A stretch of DNA of 63,834 nucleotides, the filler included, from Atractiella rhizophila (taxonomy: Eukaryota): NCBI GenBank assembly GCA_021432655.1. It is 4 parts of 4 records of this genome, joined end to end, with 100 filler letters (N's around TTAATTAATTAA, not from the genome) between each part and the next. Parts side by side here need not be neighbours in the genome. Positions count along the whole stretch, not along the records: positions 1 to 20,815 come from MU271791.1; 3 more parts are not named here. One strand, written 5' to 3'. Below the pieces are notes generated by a model. That model had not been told where the DNA came from. It did not search any database and worked only from the letters and a program-made list of their open reading frames with translations. This document shows positions 1 to 13,751 of the stretch, piece after piece. A program made the translations under genes and the position numbers. The stretch's first letter is position 1. Every line of letters begins with the position of its first letter.

Positions 1-232
1 TAACGGTCTTAAGCACCGGTTCCCTATTGCTCCAATGATGATAGAGAACGTCTGCGACGGATGAATGAGTGACAACAGACAAAGGTTCGCTGGACTTAAT
101 ATTAAAAGCTACTACATATGGGGTTAGCAAGCACATCGGCTGCTTGGGGCAAATGTTGTAATCAATTACAATGCAATTGAGAGTGAAGCAAGTAGAGACG
201 GGGGTGCAGAAGGAAGAAAGAAAAACATCAGC

Positions 233-237
233 AAAAA
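233..237 (-). terminator. RNA polymerase III terminator (T5) of the tRNA gene
   Basis: AAAAA on + (TTTTT on -) starts 3 nt after the discriminator base. Confidence 0.7.
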
Positions 238-239
238 TA

Positions 240-321
240 TACGGAAACTGGGGCTCGAACCCAGGGCCTCAAGCGTTCTCACAATGTGAAGCTTGCGCGC
301 TACCGACTGCGCTACTCCCGC
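240..321 (-). tRNA. tRNA-Val(CAC) with a 9-nt intron
   Basis: The reverse complement folds as a cloverleaf: acceptor GCGGGAG/TTTCCGT + A73, D-stem GCGC/GCGC, anticodon stem CAAGC/GCTTG, loop TT-CAC-A-[TTGTGAGAA]-C, T-arm CTGGG-TTCGAGC-CCCAG. The intron sits at the canonical 37/38 position. Confidence 0.88.
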
Positions 322-2438
322 TTCCTTACTGCAAGCTTGCAGTATTTATTTATACGGCTTGATTGTAGTGGCCCTTAGTCATTTCCTCCTTGCCTCTCTG
401 ACACCATCACTCATACTCTGCCCTTAATAACTGCTCTGTCCTATCGATAACTACGCAGGATGTGTGCTTTCAGTGCACTGTGCCGGATCTTGCCACACGT
501 CTGGTCAAAATGTGCGTCAGTCTCATTCCACTTCCACCTTTCCTGGGAATACGACCTCTGGGAAATTTCCAAACTGGGTGCTGGAAAACTCAGCCTCTGA
601 CGTGGAGCTTGGATCCGTCTCGGGGGTAATTGGACGCGTTTGTCATGGGTTTGCCTCTGGCTTTGCATTCACGCTTTTCCTTGCTTTCCTGAATATCGGG
701 CCCCGTATCTACAGACTGCTGGAATTTCTCGTCAGGCACTCCTCTACCGGTCAGGTTGCCATTGAACTTCATTTAGAGTGTTAATGTTTGTTCTGTATTC
801 CAATGTGAGCGATTATTGACCTTCAGTTGCTGTCTCGGCGCCTTGAGAAGGGAGAACGAACGATTTCCCTCTTTGATTCGTCTCTCGCGCCGTAACTTTG
901 GCTGTCTGTGCTGTGCAAAATCCGAATCTACTGTTCAGGTTCTGCATCTCATTTACAACAGGGCATACTTTTAATGTAACCGGATACGCACTCTCGGTGA
1001 TGAGGAGTCCATGGCGTTCGCGGTGGTGTGATGCTAGCGCCCTCAAAGGATGCGAAATTAGCCTTGAATATGTGTGACGTGATGATACAATTAATGTCTC
1101 TCTGGGAGACGCGTTTAGGAAAATGACGAGCAAAATTTATCTTTGTCGAACACAGCTTTCCGGCAGATCTATCTTTTGCCACCCATCTATCTATTTTACC
1201 CACCACGAAACGAAGAGCCAGGAGATCTTGCGCTGATCGGTGACCTGTCCGTGTACCGAGCAGCGGGTGGTGCAGAAGTTACCACTTCCCGGTTCCACGG
1301 GCTCGCTGAACTGATCCGCCATGGCGTCTCCAATTTTATTGTCCACGCTTGGTTCAGCAACGTCCTTCGTCGGCGCGCTCTGGCAATGGCAGCACGTCGC
1401 CAATTCGTCGCTGAGCGACGGGCGGCTTTTAACAAGGCTTGAGCTTGAGTCGTCAAAACAACCGTCCGTCCTGATGATNNNNNNNNNNNNNNNNNNNNNN
1501 NNNNNNNNNNNNNNNNNNNNNNNNNNNNNNNNNNNNNNNNNNNNNNNNNNNNNNNNNNNNNNNNNNNNNNNNNNNNNNNNNNNNNNNNNNNNNNNNNNNN
1601 NNNNNNNNNNNNNNNNNNNNNNNNNNNNNNNNNNNNNNNNNNNNNNNNNNNNNNNNNNNNNNNNNNNNNNNNNNNNNNNNNNNNNNNNNNNNNNNNNNNN
1701 NNNNNNNNNNNNNNNNNNNNNNNNNNNNNNNNNNNNNNNNNNNNNNNNNNNNNNNNNNNNNNNNNNNNNNNNNNNNNNNNNNNNNNNNNNNNNNNNNNNN
1801 NNNNNNNNNNNNNNNNNNNNNNNNNNNNNNNNNNNNNNNNNNNNNNNNNNNNNNNNNNNNNNNNNNNNNNNNNNNNNNNNNNNNNNNNNNNNNNNNNNNN
1901 NNNNNNNNNNNNNNNNNNNNNNNNNNNNNNNNNNNNNNNNNNNNNNNNNNNNNNNNNNNNNNNNNNNNNNNNNNNNNNNNNNNNNNNNNNNNNNNNNNNN
2001 NNNNNNNNNNNNNNNNNNNNNNNNNNNNNNNNNNNNNNNNNNNNNNNNNNNNNNNNNNNNNNNNNNNNNNNNNNNNNNNNNNNNNNNNNNNNNNNNNNNN
2101 NNNNNNNNNNNNNNNNNNNNNNNNNNNNNNNNNNNNNNNNNNNNNNNNNNNNNNNNNNNNNNNNNNNNNNNNNNNNNNNNNNNNNNNNNNNNNNNNNNNN
2201 NNNNNNNNNNNNNNNNNNNNNNNNNNNNNNNNNNNNNNNNNNNNNNNNNNNNNNNNNNNNNNNNNNNNNNNNNNNNNNNNNNNNNNNNNNNNNNNNNNNN
2301 NNNNNNNNNNNNNNNNNNNNNNNNNNNNNNNNNNNNNNNNNNNNNNNNNNNNNNNNNNNNNNNNNNNNNNNNNNNNNNNNNNNNNNNNNNNNNNNNNNNN
2401 NNNNNNNNNNNNNNNNNNNNNNNNNNNNNNNNNNNNNN

Positions 2439-4187
2439 CGCAGCTGCTGTCGCTGTTTGGTAATCGCCTTGAGCCAAAGCTCCTCAAAAGGGTTCAGCAT
2501 GCTTGTGTACAGAGTCTTGACTTGATTGACGGTTTGCATGGAGCGTTGAGGGATCGGAAGGATTGATCTGCAAGCCTACTGCCTGCGCAAACTGTTGGCC
2601 ACTGATTCTTCTGCGTGGTAGAGAGGGAACCACCGTGCGTCAGGACCCGCCTGAAACAAACCGAAGAGATCAATCCTCTTCCCATCGATGAAGGGATCGC
2701 CGGTGATGGGAGTATTCCTGTTCTTCATCATATCTTGTAGAGCCCGCAGAAATGTGTCTGGACGCAGCTGGGTCTGAAAGAGCTTCATCGGAATCTCGGG
2801 TAGAGGATTGGAAGAGGCAGGTTGGGTCAAGGACGAGAAATTGAGAGGGTTGGATTGACCAGGCAAGTTGATTTTAGCCTGTGAGGGACTGCTTGAAGAG
2901 CCAGGAGCTTTGAGTCTATCGAAAGCGCTAGTACCGATACCCAAAGCGGCGGCTGCCTGGGAGGTCTCGTTGTTCTGCCTCCCGAGAAGCATCGACATCG
3001 CGTTCTGGTTATTAGTCGGTATATCTCCAACGTTCATTCCCCCCATCAGCACTTTCCTGATCTCATGAAGTTGGTTGCCGAGGACGGTCTTTTCTTCTTG
3101 GCTAAGCGGACGCGATCCGCCCTGCAAGTCGACCTGTCCAGATTGTAACGCCTTTTCCAACTGCATAGCCCTGAGATGGAGGTGTTGCTTGTTCGGCAGG
3201 TTATGGTTTTGGGGCTGAGGAGAAAGATTCGCGCCGCCCAGTCCCAGACTACAAATTTAATTAGCGCAAATTATCGAGCATTCAATTGACAAGACCTACT
3301 TATTGCCTCCCAAACCCGTCGACGAAGGATTTCGCGTTGGACAGCAAGGGACTCGACGATGGAGGAAGAGTGGCAGAGGGATTGAGGAAATTGTTGCTCC
3401 CCATTCCTGACAGCGCTTGAGCTATGTTGTTTGCGAAGTTCTGACCGCCTCCAGTACTCTTCAACCTCTCGGCCAAACTCTGTGCTTGTTCTTTAGTCAA
3501 CTTCCCCTCCTTGGCAAGTCCTAAGATATATGTGAGTTGTTGTTGATTCGCGAGCGGGGGCTTGTTCTGATGTTGTTGAGGCGGCGGTTGCGAGTTCAAG
3601 GAAGCACCAGAGAGAAGGTTGTTGAGGAAATTATCGTTTTGGCGATTTTGAGGCGGATGTGGAAAATTGTTGCCTCCGCTGTTGAGATTCGGAAACTTGT
3701 TCTCGCCACTCGGCATGGCACCCAAAGCTGTGAGGGCATTGATCTGATCCTGATTGAGAGGAGGGGCATTTGACTGTTGTTGGCGATTCAAGGCTTGAAA
3801 CATCGCGTTTTGAGGGTTATTCGTCATCTGTTGCTGCCCTCCACCCAAACCAGCTCCTGCATTTCCTCCTCCTCCACCCCCCTGGTTCGCCCCTTGCCCC
3901 ATCATCCTGAGGAGGCCATTCATGTCAGAGCTCGTTAGCGCATTTTGCTGAGCACGTTGCATCAATGACCCCATATCTGCATTCGACAGTCCGCTTTGCT
4001 GGGCTCGTTGCATCATCATGGTGAGCGCCATCTGCCTTTGTTGCGTTTGGAATTGCCCAAGCAAGTTGGGATTGGTGAGGGGATTAGAAGTCGATGGAGC
4101 TTGAGGAGCAGGATTGTTAGATGCTCCTGCGAGGAGGGAAGACAGGTCAAAGTTTTGATTGTTGTTCGTTCCGCCGAAATGATTCAT
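2439..4187 (-). CDS. ARID/BRIGHT-domain protein with long N/Q/G-rich N-terminus (Swi1/ARID1-like); 3' end lost in gap
   Basis: ARID motifs FLRALQDMMKNRNTPI...IDGKRIDLFGLFQ-VLTHGG...QWPTVC...VKTLYTSMLNPFEE are spread over three frames. One intron at ~3249-3300 (GTAGGT...TTGTAG). Apparent 1-bp indels near 3330 and 2540-2650. Confidence 0.75.
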
Positions 4188-6832
4188 CTTGCTAAACGTG
4201 GGAGGGAGTGACGTTCGAGATTAGAAAGATAATGACGATTGATTCCTCTGCAGGAAGAAAAGTCAATGACCCGTCATTCGATCGCCGCTCCAAAATCTGC
4301 ATGATACGGCTCAAAAGAGAGAAATACACAAGCGGTATCCTTCAACACCACTCTAATATAACGGTTGAAACCTTGAAGTTTGGAAAGTGAACCGCTATTT
4401 GACAACGACGCCGCCACCTAGTTTGCAGAGTTTCCCATGGACTTTTCGGAGGCGACCTCTGACCGCGACGACGAGCAACAAAGGAAAGCAGAAGTAAATT
4501 GCGGACTACGCTCGTCATTGCAATGTGTACAAATCATGAAGTTAATGAGGGGGATACTGTAATAACGAGGAAGGGGTATCATCGGGAATTTCATCGAGTA
4601 TTAAATCCGATCATACACAACTCCTTCAAAGGGAAGAACCACAGGATCAAGTTAAAGATTGCAATGGCGTTGAGCAGCATCATGTTGTACACCAACAACA
4701 GGACAAACAATCAGACAACAGTCAGGTTCGCATGGCCCAAAACACAAACCAATTCAACCATCCTGAATCCTGAATACGCCGATCAAAACTGAGATTCCTG
4801 AGCGACTTTATCTCAACTCAGCAGCCATGTATATCCACGCTTTTCTGGCTTTAAACCACTTTCCTCCTCAAATCTCGTCTCCGTAACGGAAACAACAAAT
4901 GAATACGACCGCCTTCTCCAAGTGCTTCAGACTACGGTGAGGCAGAAACCACCCAAGCTCTTCTCTGGCTTCGCCGACGAAGAAATTAGCCGACATTACC
5001 ATTCCCACATCTTGCCAAAGCGATAGCCCTCAAGAGATGCATACTTGTACACACTCCCAAGGATAATGCCAAAGCAAGCCCACTCGAGTCTCTTCGGACA
5101 TAACCTAACCTTGTGAAGAAAAGGACGCTATCAGGCGTGTCTGATCTGGCCCATCAAGGTCCTGAAGCTTCGCACAGGTTGCGATCTAAACGGCCCTAAT
5201 CGATGCCACGATGCCACAGATCACGTACACAGAAAATTGTGTGCTCTCGGAGCGGGCCCAACAAGTGACCATTGAAACACGAGCTGAACACGGAACGCGT
5301 TCGTATGACTCTTCCGGAGGTGCTGGACGAGCACACCCTCATGTCATGGACAATCTGCCCCCTAAGAAGAGGAGGAGAAGGAAAGAAGTGAATAAAATAG
5401 GTACACAGAAGACAACTAAGGCCATCGAATTGGTTGAAACCATGGCTTGAGACAAAATGTTTGCACACAGTCGCCGCCCGAGTCACTATTCAGTAACAAA
5501 CAATACATCCATAACACTCATTCTGTGGCATGGATACACACTGGAAAGTAACCAGGCAAACAAATGCAAACCAAACCAACCAAACACTCTAACGAGAGGA
5601 CTCACCAATGAAGAATACTATTGATACACTTTTCTTCTACTTTCCTTCTTGATCTTCCTCCCTATGCTATCCAGTAAACGTATCCAATCCAGGCAACAAT
5701 CCACCTAAACCACACGCCGAAACCCCGATCAAGTGCACACGCGGTCGCGGTCAGTTAAAAATGCCGATGGACGAGGGAGAAGAATGGATAAGAGAATGAA
5801 AGCTCCATCAACAACCGACTTCCTTCGTATAGTAAGGCCTAAAACGCACCTGTTCTTGGATTAGTCGCTCTAAGTCTCGCAAGGTCCAAGTTCCCGGAGA
5901 CCACAAGGTGGATTTTCGCGGTTGGAAGTGCTGATATCGATTCCAAGGCTGGAGAAGAGCTAGAGACCTCCGCAGGGGCACGAGAATGAGTGGGACGGAG
6001 GGAAGGAGGGAAGGGCGACTGAGACTTCGTCGTTTCAAGTTGATCGGACCGTCGGCCGCACTGAATAAGAATTTGTAAGCTTTGGGACGTACGGCGTGTA
6101 CGTGTGATTTTTGAAGCAAAGCCAATTAATCAAACATCCCGATTTGTTTCCAGTATGTAGATTGGGAGAGTGTGAGACGAGTGCTGAAGAGATTTATGAA
6201 GAAAGTGAGAAGAAGACCCAGTCAACAGTCAACGATGAGTACGTCGAGGACGACTTGCGGTGAGCAGTCCATTTGCAGAAGTTTGTGGGACAAATGGCGA
6301 GATTTGGTGGGAAGATCGAAGATCTCATCTTGCAACAAGAATGCAAGATTTCATTAATTTATTGGGCATTGAATAGTGCAATGATACATTCTCTTCGTTG
6401 GGCTATTGCCCTCAATGGCCTGGATGACAGACAACACCCTACAGCATCAACTCTTTCAAGTTCTTGGTACTACTAACCATTGCTACACACAGTCCACTTT
6501 TGGAGCACAGATGCAATCATTTTCTTCACTGGCGGCAAGCTTTCTACATATCGCCCCAACTGCGTCGTGTGGCACCGTTGGAGCGAGAAGTAGCAACAGT
6601 AATTGTTGAAGGAAGATTGTAGTGATTGTCACGTCTAAATCACTTCGCCCTACAGGATTGTCTTCACCGGCGCGTAAGACGCATACTCCAAACACGACAG
6701 GGGGATCCTTCCATGTTCATGCGCACACGACATGCATATACGTGACGAGGCAGTAGATACATGTTTCCACTACTTTTCTCAAATTATCTGACGTCGGATG
6801 AGATTTCTTGAATATCTCAGGAGAACACAATT

Positions 6833-8045
6833 TCAACCGAACAGCATTTGCTCTGTTTCTGTGGTTTACTCCAAAATACCTTTTAAGCTTTCCAAACCAT
6901 TGAAGGCCGTCGTTTGTGTCTTCTGCATCCAGTTAGACTTTCGAAATCGGTGTCTCACTTTTGGTGATTGTCCAGCTTGCACAAATGTATGCAGACCAAC
7001 TGAAAGGATTATCCAGTTCGTCGGAGGACTATTTTTTGCGATTGGAGCCTTGACTTGATCTGGGCTATTTGAAGAGTTTCCTGAAGAAAATGAAGGGGAA
7101 GTTCGCCATGGAGCGGATACAAGCTGCATACTCTGTTCCTTGCTCTAGTGTGTGGGATCGATGGCAGAACTCGATGAGCAATGCTGCCGGAATGGCGAAG
7201 GAAAGTATGGAAGGACCGGTGCAGTTGGATTTTCAAGTTCCATCACAATATTCGATCACAGCTCTTTAAACGAAATGATGCGCGTCTGAATCTCGCTTTC
7301 TCCATCGCAAAACCTCCGCCTGCCCTCAATCACGCCCGGACCGTACGCAAGAGCGATGTCGTCCTGAAAATGTGGTGGCACCGAGCATTCCATCGCTGAG
7401 ATTGTAAGCAAGGAAATCTAGGAGAAAATATCGCGTTAAACTGGCACTGGACATCTCAAGTCTTGAAGGTAAAGATCTTTCCGGTGAACCAGTTCCTTAA
7501 CGTCTTCCACCGAGCCAAAGAGGTAACTCCACGCCCAGAAAAAATTCGGCACCATGGGACCTAGAAAGCGAAGCCCAAAGTAGCGCAAAGTCAAAAGTCC
7601 AAGCAAAGACTGAAATGCCAAGTCAAGGGTTGCCATTCAAGACCAACGAATGAAGAGTGTTATCGAGGTGAAGTCCAACCAGAGAGTTGGCCAGGCGAGT
7701 GATAATCTCGATGTTCGGGCAAACAGTTACATCAGGCATTGAATGGTCGCGAAACAGAAAGTCGACGACCAAACATTTGAGATAATCCCGATTTCTGCTG
7801 TCTCTAAGCGTCAAAAAAGTCCATCCATTTGCTTTTGGGAGAAGTAAAGGCGGATGCAGTTCGAAGCGATCATTCGAGAAGGGTATTTCCAGGACTGACA
7901 AAGAAGGGAGAGAGAGGTTAGAGTGCGTTAACGGCCTGGGATGGAATGTTCAAATTTGATCCTCGAGAGAGTCGGGTCCTGCGGCTTGAATAGAGGAGGA
8001 TAAGTGGTTAAGCAACAGCTCCGGAAGAAGATTTGAGACGATATT
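6833..8045 (-). pseudogene. Decayed inverted paralog of the F-box-like gene at 13752-15068
   Basis: Colinear matches over the full length: LPELL, SLLCQSWKYPSRMIA, LVVDFLFRDHSMPD, ANSLVGLHLDNTLHSLVLNGN, DLYLQDLRCP, C-terminal GLES...TEQMLFG* (vs GLER...VEQMLFC*). Many stops and frameshifts. Confidence 0.85.
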
Positions 8046-9026
8046 CCTTTTATGACGCGTAGTCCGCGATTTTTTTTCTCTGTCTGGTCTAGTTTCTTCG
8101 ATGCTGCATGGGAGAAACAGAGTTGTCCTGCGACACAACACAAAAAGAATCATAATATCTCCTGCTCAGAACTCTCAGTTTCACCGTCTATTCGAAACGG
8201 TGGGGAAGTTTCAAAAGAGCAGAGGACGGGTCTGTTTTTTGGACGACGCGACTATCGTTGGACGGTGGACGCTTCTGTCACTTTCCTTTCAACATCTGCC
8301 AGCTGATTGATTAACGCGTTCCCTGTCGTCCGTCCCGCGTTCGCTCCGTGTGCTTGACGTCCGCCGTCCCAAACGACGACTTCACTTGCGCATGACCTAA
8401 TCATTCTCGACAGATATCCCTACGGCCCCGCTATTTCTCCTTTCGAGGCGGTTTTGATAGATTAGCGTACTAAAAAAGTGTTAAATAGGGGCGAAGAGCT
8501 GAATCTGACAGAGTACCTGGTGTCTCAGTTGTAAGTGCTCGTTTTATAGCAGAACGGGTGTACAGCGGAGGCTAAGGAGAAGAATGCCTGAATATGACGG
8601 AACTCTTTACATTCGGTGGAGATTACTGTATATCGAGGGACAAGTCGGCTGGTAGCCGTGACTGTCGACCTCACTTGAGCGAAGTGGAGTCTCAGGCGTA
8701 TGTGTAATATCTATACGCAATGACCCTGTATGGTCGTCATATACGCTGGCGTACCTTCACCAACACTGTGATGCTGATAAAAACGAGAGAGCCAATTTAT
8801 CAAGCCAAGAGTAATCACTTCGGCACTGAGTATCTCAGATGCCTTTATGAGACTTTGGCTTAACCACCACATTCCGTTGCTATGTTGAGTGCATGAAGAC
8901 CTCTCTGCTCGATGATGAAGTGGATGCGATTTAACCAGTGTCTAATTATATAGGATCGGGTAGCAGCAAATTGCACTGACAATCAATACCCTGACACGGT
9001 CCTTGCTTCATCGTTTCAGCAGCGAC

Positions 9027-12000
9027 ATGGACCCGCTCACCTCCCCTTCATACTCACACGCCTCCCAACCTTCCAGCTCAAGCTCATACTTCCCTCCGAC
9101 ACCGTCCGCAGGTTCCTCCACCTCCAACCTTCTGCTCCCTCCACCTCCTTCTCCCAGCACGCCGAAGACGAAATCCTCTTCCCGCCGAACTGTGAGCTCC
9201 CATACTTCCCACTCAAATCACAAACACAGGGCTAGCATATCTGTCCTTCTCCCTCCCAACTCAGAAGAAGAGAATGATATCTTCTCCGGTCCTCCCTACT
9301 CAGGAAATAAGGAGGGATCGGTAGGAAGGGAGGAAGGAGTAAAGGAGCTGAGAAGGATGGCGTCACTCGGTCTACCGTCTCCAACTATCCCGTTCTCTGA
9401 AAGCCGAGAGAGTAGTCGTGGGAGACGCTCCCACCCTGCTTCCCTCTGGGTCGATTCTGGCCCGTCTTCCCCAATGGTGGGGAGGCTCAACCCGCTCGAG
9501 GATTTGGCACCTCCGCCACTTCCACTACATCGCGAGCGGTTGGAAGTGGAGGACCGCAGTTCTCCTTTCCCCGGGCCTACTACCCGACCACAGTCCTCCA
9601 GTTCCATCGCTATACAGGGCGTAGTGGTGGATAAGGAGAAGGAGAAGATAGAGCGAGAGAATAGACGGCTTAAGCGAAGATTGGCAAAGATGGAGAAGCA
9701 GCTGGAGAACGTAAGGTCTGAGTTGGATGCGGTTAAGGAACTTGCAATTAAATGGGGGGCCGGAAGGGGGGAGGTGGAGAGGACCTGTGTGAGAGCAAGA
9801 GTTTACCCCGTGGAAGAAAGTGAAGCGGATAGTGAGGAGGAGAAACAGGAGGAGACGGAGCCTATCGACGTTGAAGAAGGGGATACGACGATTGTACTGA
9901 AGGAGCCACCGAAAGTGGGGGAGAGTGAGGGGGAAACTACGAGCGACAGGGTCCGTTTTATCCTATTTCTTTCGGAGAGGTTCGAAACCATGCTAATTGT
10001 TTCACTGAACAGGCGTCCCTCGATATCGACCTCAGAGAGGCCATGTCAGACGATGCGTCGTTCGGCGTGAGATTGGTAACCCCAACTCCGCTCCCATTGC
10101 CAATATCAGTTGCAATACCATCTTCCTCCGCACAACCTCAACCTCCTTCCTCGGTATCAGACCCATCGCCTTCACCATCTTCCAGCGTACAAGTCCAACC
10201 AAGCATCGAGCCAAAAGGAACTCTCTCTAGCGTTGCACAGCTCTTCGTTGGTTCAGGAAAAGCCAAGACGACGAAGGTGAAGCCTGTTAAATCGGCCAAG
10301 CCGACTCCTACTTCGGATACGAATTTGAAGGCGAAGGATGCCATTGCACCGAAGAGTGGGTGGGCGAAAACCGTCCTAGGCTGGGAGACGTGGAAGCGAA
10401 AGGAGAAGGCTAGGCGACCTGTGGCGGAGGTGTTTGAGGAAGGGGCAGGATCGGAAGCGATAAAGGAGGAGACTACTCTGACTGAAAGTCGAGTGGAAGA
10501 ACGGAGACAGAGGTCAGCCTCCGTGGCTTCCTCCATTCTTTCTTCAGGGCAAGCGGCGGAGGAACAGGAGGCAGACACCGAATCACTGGCCATTTCTGTA
10601 ACTTCCGGTCAGCGCGCCATTTCGATCCACTCGAAGGATGAGCCACTAGTTGAGAACGCAGGATCTGCGTCCCGCCATCACCAGGTTGCGAGTGCAATGG
10701 AGAGAATGAATTGGTGAAGAGCGTGGCAACGCTGACGGATAAGTCGATGAAGTCTCTAGAGTCCAAGGGCTCTAAATCTGCACTTGGGGCGTCTAAGGCA
10801 GTTACAGGTATGCTTTCTTGGCCTTTGGACTAAGCACGATGAATTGATGGCGAAATCACACAGCTCTCCTCGCCAAATCTATGGCGGAAAGCTTTTCTGG
10901 ACCTCCAAAAGTCACTACGACTCACGTACACGGCGTCCCTATCTCTCCACCTATATCTGCCATCCAATCAGCTGTCACATCACCTCTACTTGTTCAAGCT
11001 TTCCGCATTCCCAGTTTTCCAGCACCAGAGCAAAGCGTAACGGAGACACCTCATCCTTCCCATTTCAGCGCTGTGGTCCTTGCTGCCAAGGATTGGATGG
11101 AAGCAGAACCAAGCTCTGAGGACGGTGACAAAACGGTGAAGCTTTTGAAAAAGAACGCATCTGTAAAGATCAAGCAATTATCTGCCGATCTACTTGCACG
11201 ATTAGCCGGCGATGATGGTGCAGTCGTCAAGACCAGACAGTCTGCAAATCTCAAGGAATCGAGAACATTTACCGTTGTCCCTCTCAAAGCCGCTGCTTCG
11301 AACAATGAAGCAATGCGGCGCATATCGATAGCAGCCACCACGTCAACTTCTCGGGATTCTGGATACCTTTCTGCTGCCACAGAAGTTCTCGCTAGATCAC
11401 TGGGACTGGCACCGATCTCGAATTCAAGAGGCAGCGCCGTGCAGCCAGACACGGAAGACCCCAAAGCTCCTAATCTAACTCTTCCTAACCTCGGGATCAG
11501 CCTGCCCACCGTCGGCATCGTTGGATCGAGCCCTGCAAACATCGCCCAAATCAGCTCACAACCCATCAATCCCGCATCCAACCTGCCCTCTAACGTTGAG
11601 CTTGAACCCATCGTGGCAGCAAGCAGTAAACCGCCAACGTTGTCGTTCAGCACAGAACAGTTGAAGCACCAAATCATAACTGATGGCGAAGACAACCTTC
11701 TTGACCGATACGGCTTCTCGTATAGCATTCAGGAACTTCGAACCCTCCTGAAGCATCAACGCCAAGTGAAGCAAACTGGCGAGGTGGATAGAGACGAGGA
11801 GGAGCCCGCCGCAGAGGATTCTGCATCACAGTTCTCGAAACAGCTCGGATCGGGCGAAAACGATTTGAAAGAGCTGTGTCAGGCATTTGGGCTTCCAGAC
11901 TCCGATCCGAAAGGGGATGTGACGAGCGCAGAAGATTCGGGCATTCCCCCACTGAAGCTACTCCTTGTCGATTTTGTCCTTCGTCAAGAAAGCTCGGACA

Positions 12001-13277
12001 AATCCAAGATTGCTGCTTGGGAAACCTTTATCAAGAAGCGACAAGCAAGCACTAGAGCTGTTGATCCTAAGCAATCTCGAGCGAAACCTCAGAATACGCC
12101 GAATGGAGCCTCGCTCGCCACAGACGTTTCTAAGGAAACAGAACATTTCGACTGGTCAGAAAACCTGATAGGGGTTGGCCATATTGGGAGAGACAAGAGT
12201 GGGAAGGAAGACTGGAACACCTTACGGGTGCTGGTTCGGAACGGTGTCCCTAACTCTTATCGAGCAAAGATATGGATGGAGTGTTCAGGAGCTACGGAGC
12301 ACAAGGAACCTGGGCTTATGGCTGATCTCCTTGCCGCTCATCGGAAGGAACATGAAAATCCGTCTAAGCAAGCACGAGATGTGCTGAAGCAGATAGAGAT
12401 GGATTGCCGGAGGACATTTCCCAAAAATGCGTTCTTTGGTGGTGATGGACCTGGCGTTTCGAAGTTGTGGAAAGTACTTGTCGCTTATTCCTGGCATAAT
12501 CCGGAGATTGGATATTGTCAGGTACGTCTGATACGCAGTGAAAGCGGCGACCTAATTTCAAGTTTAGTCAATGAATCAGCTTGCCGCGACATTGCTCCTG
12601 ATCTTCCCAATGGAAGAGGATGCTTTTTGGGTGTTCAATTGCTTGATTGAATATATCCTCCGTGAGTGCCTCTCTCCGATCATATCTCTTGCTCAAGATA
12701 GAGATATAGCTTCGGACTACTACACCAGCTCTCTGCTTGTATCTCGAGCGGATCAGCGAGTCCTTCATGATATGCTTCAACGAGTGCTACCAGATGTCTT
12801 CAACCACTTCGAGAAGTTCCGAATTCATGAAGCTCAGTTCACGTTTGGCTGGTTTTTGACCCTCTTCACCGACCTTCCTTTCCAGACTGTATTGTGAGGT
12901 CCATCCTCCTTCAAGTATTAGCCTTATCGCGGGAACAGGCGCATCTGGGATGTATTGATGGTCGAAGGGGCAGTGATTCTCTTCCGGGTCGCTCTTGCCA
13001 TTCTCTCCATGGAATCTGAGCAGATACTTGCTTTCAACAACTTCGGAGATCTCTTGGAGTACATGCATAAGCTACCGAAGCTCATTTATAACGCCGAGCG
13101 GTTGATGGCTGTGGGTTGTGTTTTAGGGCCACCGCCTTAGCTGACGAGAGTGATTAGATCGCTTGTGAGGACTTGAAGCCTCTGGTGAAAGGATCAGAGA
13201 TCAATGCGCTTCGTGAGAAGTACGTCAAGGAAATCGCAAAGGAGGATTCAGGTTTAGTTCCCAAAAACTTCCCATAG
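9027..13277 (+). CDS. TBC-domain Rab GTPase-activating protein with long low-complexity/coiled-coil N-terminus (multi-exon)
   Basis: TBC motifs LVRNGVPNSYRAKIWMECSGA, QIEMDCRRTFP (IxxDxxR), VLVAYSWHNPEIGYCQ|xMNQLAA (YxQ), EEDAFW, FGWFLTLF, IWD, GAVILFRVALAIL. About 6 GT-AG introns. One apparent frameshift near 10670. Confidence 0.9.
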
Positions 13278-13751
13278 TCTCAATTTCTCTTCATCTGTCG
13301 TTAGAATATATGTGAACTTAGTCACTTGTTGTTTCAACATTCGGGTCTCCTTTCGACTTTCGAGTTTCTTTATCAATGTCATTTCGAAATCTTGTTGATT
13401 TGAATTGAAATACAGTCTTTGACTTGCCTCGTCAGCTCAAGTCAAATCAAGGCAAACACTGCCCCCTTGTCTCCGTCGACCTCCGTCCTTAAAAAGACCT
13501 CGCCAATCTCGCAAGAACTTTTCCAGGTATTTTCGAATACCAAGGCAGGGCCGTGAGAGTGTGACTCGCTTCTTCGCTGGTACTAAAGAACTTGAACGGA
13601 GATGGATCGTCGGGTGCCTTGACTTGCACTCGTCTGACCGAACACACCATTTTGTACAACAAAGTAAGTGAGAATATTGACTCCCCCTCTCGACATTACT
13701 AGTAACAAAACTGAGCCATCATACAGTTTGTCATTCTGTATCGTAATTAGC

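Noticed and set aside
280..292. Reading the tRNA anticodon as TCA (opal suppressor / Sec)
   Set aside because: Canonical numbering puts CAC at 34-36 with a perfect 5-bp stem; there is no long variable arm.
441..1478. Several short ORFs, including a good-context ATG at 1321
   Set aside because: No recognisable domain; strand and linkage to the ARID gene cannot be determined across the gap.
1191..2539. Long X-filled ORFs (also 49432-50368 and 58877-59489)
   Set aside because: Artefacts of translating through N runs.
4500..5700. Possible degenerate LINE 3' end or dead gene (C/A-skewed, CAAAC-rich tail)
   Set aside because: No recognisable RT, endonuclease or convincing CCHC motif.
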